A stretch of DNA of 64,000 nt, taken from the NCBI GenBank assembly GCA_965285935.1, contig OZ260661.1:48484001-48548000 (forward strand), in the 5' to 3' direction. The stretch comes from Ophelia neglecta (taxonomy: Eukaryota). The translations under genes and the position numbers were made by a program. Shown one piece after another: positions 1-11,040 of this stretch; position 1 is the first letter of the stretch, and the number at the start of each line of letters is the position of its first letter. Under the pieces are notes generated by a model. The model saw only the letters and a program-made list of their open reading frames with translations. It had not been told where the DNA came from and made no database searches.

Positions 1-121
1 ATCTGGTGAGGAATTAAATACCGCGCCGCATGCTGGGAAACTTTGTTAGGCAAGAAAATCAGGCTTGCATAATCTCATGCAGCCACACTATTCTATCTCG
101 GTCTTCTCCTCGAAATAGCCC

Positions 122-433
122 ATGAAAATGAGAGGGCATGCCTGCCCTGTCCCGAGATGTGACAGCAAAACGTATCGCAGACATGTTGTGGCATATTACT
201 GCATTCCCAAGGACCCGGTTGAGCCTCTCTGTCCTAAGTATGAAGGGTATGTCCAGGGAGGTGTGGGCAACAATATAAACACAACGTATCAGAATATTGC
301 CCACCACCGGACAGGTTGCTGGTCTAAGACCAGTGCGTACGAATATTCATCATTAATGGAGAAAAATGTTCCTTTTAATAATGCTACAATTTCAAAGCAA
401 AATACCGCACCCTCTGCTGTTGTCAGCTGGTGA
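122..433 (+). pseudogene. Degenerate THAP-type zinc-finger ORF, probably a DNA-transposon remnant
   Basis: ORF begins MKMRGHACPVPRCDSKTYRRHVVAYYCIPKDP, matching the THAP N-terminal pattern C-x4-C...(F/Y)x(F/I)PKDP. The conserved W is replaced (LCPKY) and the distal C-x2-H is recoverable only with a frameshift (agaatattgcccaccac, ~291-307). Confidence 0.4.
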
Positions 434-845
434 GCAAAGGACGGACGACGGCGAGGAGTTTTTCTTTATCTAATGTCCAGTTTAAAAGAACAGAGGACAT
501 GAATATTAAGTGAACTTTCATGTTTATCCTGTGTAATTAGTACATATCTAAACAGAAAAATCAAGCATAAAAGACATTCAGTGTCACTATCCGCACTGTG
601 TAGGCCTCCAAGTGGTGGCTTGTACCACTGCCGGTGTCACACGGACTCAGGCTGTGGCAGTGAAGCCATTGACTTAATGGTCACGCATGCGTAGTGAGAG
701 AAAAACGTTTCATGCATATCTCCTAACATACAGGAAGAAATGTGATAGTCTCAAAATATTGCGACTCATTCACCCGCTCTGCATGACACTGACACAAATA
801 GTAATCACCTCAATGAGGTTCATACTACAGGGTCTGTATAAACAA

Positions 846-883
846 ATATGGGTGTACACAGATATGGGTGTACACAAATATGG
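846..883. repeat. 16-bp tandem repeat, about 2.4 copies
   Basis: atatgggtgtacacag / atatgggtgtacacaa / atatgg. Confidence 0.85.
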
Positions 884-3800
884 AACCCTCTCGGACTAAA
901 TTATCAGCCACTGCTGCATGTTAGTGCCTTTATTCTTCAGCCTGGGCCCTGGGGCGAGTCTGCTGTGTCCATTACTTGTGCAGTGAGCGGACCTACGTTC
1001 ACATGCCTTGCTTCCTTGTGATAAAAATCACATCGTCGAATGTAAAAGGAAACGTGGAAAGTTAATCACCCGGCGTAAGCAATTGCCTCTCCCGCCGGCC
1101 TCCGGCGAGTCGGAAGTTGTTGTTTGCGATAAGAGCTGGCATATGTGGCAAATGGTCTATTTAATTACCCTCGTTTTGACGAAGAACCGGAGGCCGAGGA
1201 ACGCATTTCTTTATCATTTGTTTCATGCCCACATAATTTCATGACCTTTGTCTTCTTATAGTAATGGTATCCAAGGTTTGCAGCGGTGAAATTGAATGTG
1301 ACCTGAAGCTTTGCCCTCAAAATATTTATCGGAGGTTTGAATATGTAACTCCTGAACCCAATGAATAAAATATAATGTACTGCTGTTTAGCTCATACTGT
1401 AATGGGCATCCTTATCTTCTTGAAACACGTAGAAATGACTAGTTGATTCACGTGTCCATGTATACAAGACAACTCTGCTGTTAGATGGATATTGGCTTAT
1501 AGTGACCGTGCTTAAGCTAAGCTCACCCAGACAGCCATTCGAGAATATTGAGTGCACGAAATAAAGAGCAGCATGAAAACTGCTTTAGCCATATTCCTGG
1601 CAGTCAATATTCTGGTCTACCCTCGTTCAATTGCCAGAACAAATTGAATCCCTGGCGGCGGGAATATGGGCGTTATAAGGGCCATATTGGACACAGCTGG
1701 ACTGGTATAATACGGAGAACTCCATAAATATCCAAAACCGACAGCATAGAGATTTGACTGATGGCAGTAGGCTCACAGGGCGTGGATTATTTTGTGAATA
1801 CCATTATTAAAACGCATTTTTCTTCTTTTTTCCAGTCTCAAATGTTGGTATTAGTTATTGGTTTATAGGGATCAATTGGTTGAAACATAATATATTTATG
1901 ATATTACATTATCTATCTATTTGGATATTTTGAGATTCCGGGTTATTCGGAACAGTTGATTTTACGCTCACTTTCGTGGGAAGCAATTTACTATATAATC
2001 GTAATGTCATATTCATTCCTTGGTATAGTCATGCGAAACATAGGAAAGAGTCTTGACATTTATTGATTCTTGGACCGACAGATCTATAGAGGCCAATGGC
2101 GGGCGCCATGAGGTCGGATGTTGTCCTGTCGGCCGGTGTCCTGATCACGAAAAGGCATCCATTTTATAAACCTAGTCGGGTGATGAAACTGACAGGACTA
2201 TTGTCCTGTATAAGTGCATATTGTGATACAAACATCCAACAACTGAGCTGCTGACCTACTTTGTAAGGGTCTGACAACATTCTATTCAGAAGGGGGGGGG
2301 GGGGGGCAGTTCCTGTGGTCGCTCTACTTTTGCCTTCTGTGCCCCTTGCTCAAAACCGACAAAGCTTAATAAACTGGCGGTAGTTTGAAACTTAATTTAT
2401 ATAAAAGTGAATCATAAAAGCCACGATTTTCTTTATGTGACCCCCATGAGGAAAGTAAACTTACACTGGATGCTCATGTTAATACTCAGATGGGCATCTG
2501 GAAGAGGATGCAATTGAATTTGGACAATAATGGGCATTCCGGATTTAATTTTGCCTTGACATCGCTGAGCTGGCGTCCTTCTTTGGCATTTATGCGATGC
2601 AGTCAATTGCTAAGTGTACCTTCCAGGCCTCTTACGAAAAGAGAACGCTGTCCAAGGCGTCATTGTGGGTCAGATGCCCCTCGATAATCCATGAGCAGAT
2701 TGAGCGGCATCAGGGCCGAGATTTTCAATTGTTCAAACCAAAATAGTTCAGTCGGCAGAGCTGGTATTTGGTAATCAGACATAGAAATTCTTGAACAATC
2801 TATCACAGTGACACAGCTGATAGCCAACCATACCCATTGAAGATTCATTGAATGCATGTCATGCGCCAGGTTGGTCTAACCGATCAATATAGGGATCTTT
2901 TCACCGCATAAGCTGCTAAATATTCCCCTATGGTGCATTTTGGGGCGCTATAGCAACATTATTCGAATAAGCAGAGCCTTAAGACCAAACCGTTGGTTTG
3001 GTTTTATTTTTTTTTTTTGAGGAAGGGTGCCGGAAGACCGGAAGAGACAGCAATGCTTTTGGCATTTAGTCATTGGCAGTATGTTTTTCCATGATTATGA
3101 TGGCGTCGCCCGCAATTCTGCAAGTGCTTACTTTCTGTGCTGTATTTGTAGGCTGTTCACTTTGCTTGCCAGATTAACGACATGGCTGGAGGTTTGGTAG
3201 AGGATGAATGTTGATCTTGCCATTTGTCCCTAGAAAGTTTAGATTTTTGATGCGAAAAAAGTGGAGCTCCAAGTGCCTATGAATTATTTAGCCTCGGAAA
3301 TTGGCACACAGGCTCCGTGATAGGTAATCGTCCAACTCCCTAGTCCCCTGCTATTTATTTTATGTCCGTTTTGCGAGCCCCCTATAAGCAGGATAAGTGT
3401 CCTTTGCCGCAGTCTCAAAGCATGCTTCCCCTGAGAGAACAACGCCAATTCAATGTTTGTTCTTATAATATATAAATCCCTCTTGGGAGTATGCTAACCT
3501 AAGCAATAAATCCATACTGGCTGCGGATGAAGAACCGTCTCCCAACTGCAAATCAGACTTTTGATTATATCGCCTTTTATAGCAACTTTCCCCGGAATTC
3601 GCTAGGAGACCGCCACACTCTTCGGTGGCTCCTCGACCCAAAGCCTCAATAGAAGGAAAACCAATCTTCAGATTGCAAACAGGAAATCGATAGTTGCTGC
3701 CTCTTGCGTGTTGCCCACGCCCTCGCTGACTTTATGTGATTAGCTACGGAACAAAAAGCAGCCCCGACCTTCACCTCATCGATTCTAACCGCTAGCCACA

Positions 3801-4720
3801 ATGCAGTCCCACAAGACTTTATGTTCAGGCGATCGAATTTCCCCCCTTCTAGTTTACATTTGCAAAGCCCTTTTTCCATCGGGCGAAACTAGATTTTTAA
3901 GAGCAAAAATGTGTACCTGTTATCTGGTACTGCTTGTATAGATTGCAATTGGACGCGGTGTTATAAACGGTAGTTTGGCGCGGTGCTTTCTTTTTTCATA
4001 CGCTATTCCCGCAAGCTAGTTGTAGTTTAAATCAATTTCAACTGATGCCAATTTCTCCTCGTTTTATGCTGATCATTTAACCCTATCACTGATCGATGAT
4101 TGGGCCAGTACATTTCAGTGAATATTTTTAACTCGAGGGTAATCTATTGTAACACTTCACACCTTTCAAGATTGAGTTAAATCTTTAATGAATTATCGGA
4201 TTGGAAAAAAAGTCATTAATAGTGGTTGCGATCTAAAACTACCTGGCCAGGACTTCTATTTACATAGATACTTCCGAATCGATTTGAATCTATAAGGAAG
4301 CAAAGCCATTTTACCAGATTTCATTGACACAATAATCAAAGTCTGAGCAAATGACATAAATAGCGTTTAATTAGTCGAGTATGCCTAATGACCACAATGA
4401 CAGTTATTGTTAATGTATTACATTACTAAGATGTTAATTATTGATAATTATAGGTGTACTGCGGTGGTGCTTTGTTTACTCTAGTAATCGACGCTTGACC
4501 TTTTCGTGACCCCAATACAGGCCTAACACCAATTTGCTAATCAAAGGCCTCAGAAAAGCAGGTAGCAGTCCTTTGATGTTAAAGGCCACCCTTTATGAGT
4601 ACGTAGTGAAACCTAGGACTGAAAACGTATCAAATCTGGGTACACGTATGTACAAGCAAAAAATTATACTGCTCAGTCCCTAGGAATCCAAATGGCACAA
4701 GTTAGTTAGGTATTCATGTG

Positions 4721-4917
4721 CAGTAGCGGATTAAGGGGGGCCCCAGAGGGGCCGCCCCCCCCCCTTTTTCCAAAAAGTGGGCCCGGACCAGGGCCTATTT
4801 CTGGACCAATGCAAGGTTGTTTCAGGGGGTTGGTACCGGGGACAATCCAATCATTGGCCTTGTCAATCTTGGAAAATTTGCCCCACCCCCCTTCCTGAAA
4901 TCCTGGATCCCCCACTG
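4721..4917. mobile_element. hAT-like MITE, 197 bp
   Basis: Imperfect TIRs CAGTAGCGGATT...GGATCCCCCACTG, of the CAGTGGCGGATCC type common in invertebrate MITEs; subterminal G/C runs; GC-rich island in an AT-rich background; flanks ATGTG / ACGTG. Confidence 0.7.
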
Positions 4918-5989
4918 ACGTGGTCTAAGTTACTTGTCCATTAAGACTTTTGTGCACTAAAATGTTACGTGGACCTGTATTGATCGATAAAGTTTTAAAG
5001 TGACAGAGATTGGTGCGGCGTCGTTATGACAGACATAACTCTATTTCGACCTTAATGTCACTCCGGCCATTTTGTCTGCAGTCTGAAGATATGTTACAAA
5101 TGGGAGGGTGATGGGCATTGATGGCTTTGTCTTGTCAGCTGCTGTCTAGTCGCACATCTCTTATTATGTCTTCAGTGATAAGGTTAAGCCACAATTACCA
5201 GTACGGGAATGTCCCTCGGCGGCGTCCGAAAGCTGACAAAAACTACAGATATAATCAGACGCTTTTACTGGGAATAGCACCTTCGTCTGGAAACGAGATG
5301 CCAATATTTTGCCCTTATTACATCACCGCTGAATGCCACAAGGTTGCTAACGTGGTTGGCGATGAGAAACGTAGCAGCTGTTAATGGCGTTGCAGGTTGA
5401 CTTATGCTCGTTAAATGTATATAGAATCTGACGATTTGATTTACCTTGTATGTACTTGGAAGACAAGGGAGGGCACTCAATTATATTCGTGTACGGGTAT
5501 GTGCCGTCTTCTAAGGGTATCTTTTTTTCCATTTGCTGCCATGCCTAGGGCGTCCATTTCAGACATTTTGTATTAAATGATGAAGCTTTCCTTTCAAATC
5601 GGGATGTTGAGAAGAGCTGCTACGTGGGTTTTATCTCTTATTTTTCTCAGATTTTCATTGTTGAGGAGGCAAAAATATTTATGTGAAACTGGGCAAAATG
5701 GAGCGATTTTTGTAATCACTTCCCCTGGGCTTGGAGGCCTAGTAGCGGGGTAAGGTAGGAATGTACCTCTAGCAACTGCAATCTGTTATAACTAGGCCTA
5801 TATTTAAAAAGGTGCAGTAAATCTTTTTCTAGGATCCATCTTTGTAAAGCAAATGCCAAACCATATTTTACTAGCTCACTCACGTTATTTCAATTATGTG
5901 CACGAGGCACAACTGAAAACAATGCAAATGTATTCATTATGTACTTTTTTGTTTCAGCTCGAAAGAGACAAAAAGGCGACGAAGAACAT

Positions 5990-6740
5990 GAAGCTGGGTT
6001 TCGCTCTCGACGTTTTGCAGTAATTACGTAACTCGATCCACCTCCGCGTCCTGCACGCACAGGAAACCATAAGAACTGATCACGTGACAGCTCAGACCGG
6101 GAATCACTTCCTGTTGTCATGGATACGAGCTTTAAATAGCGGTAATCAGCGCCCTTCGTGAGGGGAAACCCTACAGGACCGCTGCGGCCCCATCAACAAA
6201 GTCGATGCCTTTCGCTGTTGGTTTTAGACAAACAAAGCTGGCTCGGCAACTAGACAGAGTTACTAGACAGAGTGCAACGATGTGCAGTGGGGTCTCGGCC
6301 AAGTCCGAAGGCAGTTTGACCGTGCTTCTGGTTGGTAATTGTTGTGATAGAGAATCATTTACCGACGAGTTCTACCCCACGAGAGACATTAGGAGCGCTA
6401 GCGGCGAGGTCTTATTCCTACAACTCACGCCAGGAGAGAGGCGGGCTGGTACGGCATGCCAACTGGCGTGCTCCCAAACAGTAGTCGGCTCAGATACTGG
6501 ATATACTGACCGATTTTCCTGCTCCTCTTTCTTCACCCCAGGATTTACAGCAATTGATCCTCAAATCAGTCTTACTGTCTCTTTGTGATGAATCTGAATA
6601 GAGTCTCCAGCAATCTTAACTACTCTGTCTGAGAACCGGATTACTGGACAGGCCTCGGATGCCTCAGACGTGGTTCAATGGCGAAAAAAACACTCTTCGT
6701 GCTGCGCGCGAAGGAAGATGGCGCCAATCGGGATTTTTCT
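5990..6740. promoter_or_regulatory. CpG-rich candidate promoter region
   Basis: E-box TCACGTGAC 6080-6088, ETS CACTTCCTGT 6105-6114, RFX X-box GTTGTCATGGATAC 6113-6126, TATA-like TTTAAATA ~6131, GCGCGCG ~6704, YY1-like AAGATGGCGCC 6715-6725 overlapping CCAAT. No linked gene is visible. Confidence 0.35.
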
Positions 6741-9700
6741 CTAAATACGTTATGTACACAATTGTTCATGTATAAAAACGCTTGTATTAACTTTGTCTCC
6801 ATACAAAACTTCATTCGGAAGAAAAAGGAAAGCCTCTAAGATCCTCCCATTCTCTTAAACCACATGTGTTCCTACACAGACTGTCACACTAATCTACCTT
6901 CCCTTTGGACATAAAGAGAACTCACACGGGGATGTGTTTTCGGATCGATTCCACCTTAAATAATTGCTTAGAGCTATTTACAGGTGTGCTAGCTACCTGT
7001 CAGGCCCCATTCACTGACGGTTTAGGATCGCGCTTGGAGTCAGCGGTCGAAACACAGGCTATTGATTTCCGAGAGCTATACAATAAGCTTCCTTTTGTTC
7101 CATATATACATGTTAAGATAATGATGTGAAACTTCCCATCACATCATTAAACAAATAAAAAAGCTTCTGTAAATTCAAGGTAGGCACTTAATTCCTAAGC
7201 TGTAGCGCTATCTATACATTATATTCTAAGGATAAATGGTTTACCTAGAAGAACTGGGCAGCTTTGGGTATAATTTCATTGAAATATAGTACAGTTGCAG
7301 CATATTATCCTGTATCAGCAGCAAATGGAGGAAAGGAAATGTGATAGTCGAGTGTTTTTGCGCAAATACCATCAGCAGGGTAATTGTTCTACATGTTTGT
7401 TTGCAGTAAATAAGCCCAGTGCCATTACGAACTGATTATAATCTACGAGTACTTTACATCGCATCCCCCTGTATTTCAATCAGTGCTTAGCACTACTGAT
7501 AAGTGACAACACCAATCTGCCCATGTTTAACTTGATAAGGCAGTGTCAGTTTCCTCTCACAGATTGACAACGCAAGTGCAAAGTAAACAGTGGAGTTATT
7601 TTCTTTGGTGTTTCATTGATTTTTGGCTGCTGCTTCTTACCACAGTCTCGTCTGCCTCTATCGGTCTCGTCTGCCACTATCGGTTAAGTCTCGCTGCATA
7701 ACTTTGATACAGATCCTACCAATCATCGGGTATATAGGGGATTTGCTTTCATATTTCCTACCCAGAAGATCAAGAGAAGCAAATTGGCACGATAACAGAG
7801 TTCTAGGCGATACCACAGAGATGGCTACGCTTTGTAGTTCCACCCTATAAAAAGTTCGAGTGAGATAAAAACTGTTTGATCACATAATTCATCCAGTACA
7901 TCACGCTAATAAGCTCTGGTTCTGCTCCCCTGTTTGGTCGACCTTTTTTCCAACAGGGGCCATCTTATACCTGACACTCTAGTAGCTTGTTCATAGCAAT
8001 ATTGGCTTAGTGAGGAAAAACGAGGCGTTTAATCTTATTAAGAAGCTCAGGTGTCTCGCGACTCAGCAGCCTCGTGAACAACAGACAAAACCCGTTAAAA
8101 TCCATCATTGTATTTCATTCGCATCAATTCTCTATTCAGTCATCTGCTATTATAACTAAGCACCCGACCAAAGAATCTGCATTGATACATAAAGTTCATT
8201 TGATTGCCTTAATTCCAGGATAACATGAATTCAGATATGTCATTGTGAGTCCCTTCTATCGCGCCTAAGTGTTATATATTACCAATTTCGCTTTTACCAT
8301 AGAGAATTATCGGCTACAAATAAGGAAGTCGAACCGCGTTACGTCCAACTATCAGTGGGCATAAAAAGAGTTCATCAACTGGCTGTAACGAGACGATAAA
8401 GAATATCAATAGCATTTTGTCCTGTTATTAATAGTCTAATGGGAAAATGGGCTGTACGCTGCATATGGGTACAATCAATTATTTTATAGATTGCTACAAT
8501 GAACATTTGATCAATATTGATGGCGTCTAGAATACGCCTCTTTTGTCTACAAGAGCAACATTTGAGCTGTCTCATTTCTCCTGCTGCCGCTAATGGGGGC
8601 TGGTGCAATTATTGATATTAAGGTAGAGTATTATATGCTCATTTGGCTTTGTATGGAAGCCAATATGCATGTTATATGATCTAAGCTACAAGAGCCTTGG
8701 TCTAGTGGAACCCTACACTTGTATGTCTCTGTAAACAAGGTAATGGACTAACCGCCGGTCAAATCAACAGGGATGCATTATTTACCATGACAGTGATGTT
8801 ACACTGAAGCCATAAAACACGGCACAGTTTATGGAAGTTGAACCCACGCTATGCGGCCATAACACGGTCTTATTACTTCATGACATGCTACCATCTTAGC
8901 AATATAGATAATAACAGTGCCAAGAACATCGGAGATCACAGCGCTTTGCCCCGAGGCCATCGCTTATTATGCAATGTGGCTCTTGGGGAGATTGGCTTTT
9001 TGACTGCTTCCTTTGGCAGAATTACTAAGCCATTATACTAAAAGATTTCACCAATAATCGACAGTCATTTCCAATGAAAAACAAAGAAAAATAGCTAAAA
9101 TATTATGAATATTAATATTTTATGACTGATTTTAAAATATTGTTTATATGCCGTTGGAAGAGCATGGTAATTGGCGACATATGCATTTGATAAATTTGTT
9201 ATGATAGAATAAAACCGGATGTATTATCTAAAGAGAAAGTTCTAGTAATTAATAACTAACAGCATAACCTGTAAATAAAGCAGCTCAGAGAGTGCTCTCT
9301 ATATCTCTGTATATTATCTCGAGTATAAACGAGACCGTATGCTCATGCAGCAAAGCCTGACTGAAGCCCTTTCGGGTGAGACGCTCATGGCGATATACGA
9401 GTAATTCCTCTCCGCCGCCTCTCCTAAGCCTCTATTGCAAGGAACACAGTGTGCTATCGTCATCGTTGAAAGGAAAACGTGACAGTTGTGACAACCAGGG
9501 ACTTCCCTGCCTTTGTTTCGCCATATTATTTCCTGCTTACGATGACACCAAATTATCACCATTGTCCAACATTATAGACACGACGAGGTTTGCATTCGCC
9601 CGATATAAACTATACAATCTGAACAATACGATCTTTTTAGAGTGGATTTTATCAACATCTAATCGAATTAGCCTACATTAAACAGTGCTGGAATATAGAT

Positions 9701-9879
9701 ATCGGTACCTTAAACGAAGAGTTAAAAAACTACGGACAATGTGTTATGTATGTCGCTTTGTTGTCCCTACAATGGCCCGTGAGTACATTCAAGCAATGTG
9801 TATCTTTTCTGTTGCTACAAGCAGTTATTGCACACGAGACCTTTTTGTATAACTAAATGCAGTTAAATTCTAGTCTTTT

Positions 9880-11040
9880 TGGGTAATAACATGTTTCCAT
9901 TTTTATACCATTTGACCTGTTTCTGCCGATAAAAAAAACTCGTGCTGCGTACTATATAATGCTTCTCAGTGAATATTGTATGTAGTTAATACAAATGCCA
10001 AAAGAAATGGCTGTGTAATTCCCTCTGTTCATATTGTCGTAAACTATTTAACCTTATCAATCAGTTTTTACAATCCCATGTGAGAACACTTCTGTGTTTG
10101 AAGGTGCTAAATTGAACAAAAGCATGGTTAGCCCGACTTGTAATCTAACCACTTTCAATACGTATGTCTCCAGCTTTATCGTGCTATCTGAATGGAGTGA
10201 TTTATGCATTCATAGATGTGCCAGACCACTAAATATTTCAGCAAATTATTCCCAAGCGAGAGCTTAAAAGCCGTCTGCTGTAGTTTGTACGTGGCCCACA
10301 GTTACATCTGGAATGGGATTTTAATTTTATATGAGTATTTACCCATGTCTCTCCTCGGTAAGGTCAACCTATTCTTCGCCAAGTAGGTCACTGTCTATAA
10401 TCGCCGTAATTCCCATCTTATGCATTTGTATATTTTTGTAAGGCAATTATTCTATATCTGCTCTTCAACAAGCAATAAAATTTATACCATTTCTTGTAAA
10501 ATGCATTGGTAAACTTAATGTATAATCCCGCGTCTTTAAATGAAATGTCCCTGATGCAATATATACCATTATGTACAAAGTTTCTGCCTTCTAGTCCAAA
10601 GTGTTAGAATTGTGAAAAGTGCAAGCATGGATTTGAATTTGTTGCATGTTACATTAGCTCGCATAATGTGCAATGGTTTGAAAGATGAACTGTATAATTG
10701 GCTTTATGACTGGATATTAAAGAAACAATGCGTACATTAAGCCGTGTGCGTGTTGTCATCCCACAAAAGATTTTCATTATTAGTGTTTTGTTCCATACCC
10801 AATGGTATACTTATTGATTTTGGAGTTGCGTGTAACCTTTTGATGGCTGCTCCATCATGGAATTTCGCATCAAAAGCTGTTCTACAGACTGTTGTAGCTA
10901 TTAAGGTTGATTGCGTGAAAGGCCCGAAATATTAGATATCATGGTTCAAATTTAGCTCATTCCCCAGTGCATTGCCTTCATCAAACTCAAATATAAAGGG
11001 CACAATAGCCAAACAGTGGGTGGACCCATGCAAGCTTCGA
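9880..11040 (-). mobile_element. Highly decayed L1/Tx1-clade LINE ORF2 C-terminal remnant
   Basis: Minus-strand peptide scraps across frameshifts occur in the order expected for L1/Tx1 ORF2: LHATPKS..ISIP, VWNKTLIMKIF, FVHNGIYCIRDI, KWYKFYCLLKS, DLTEE/ETWVN, PCFCS...H..WDCK (CCHC knuckle), AISFGI, II*YAARVFFIGRNR. Confidence 0.45.

Noticed and set aside
4706-4915. Gly/Pro-rich ORFs here and at 33240, 36774, 40105 and 48769
   Set aside because: Artefacts of G/C runs in MITEs and low-complexity tracts.
6500-6630. Minus-strand VVKIAGDSI...PGVK resembling the SGNH esterase of LINE ORF1
   Set aside because: Interrupted by a stop and the downstream GxND block is absent.
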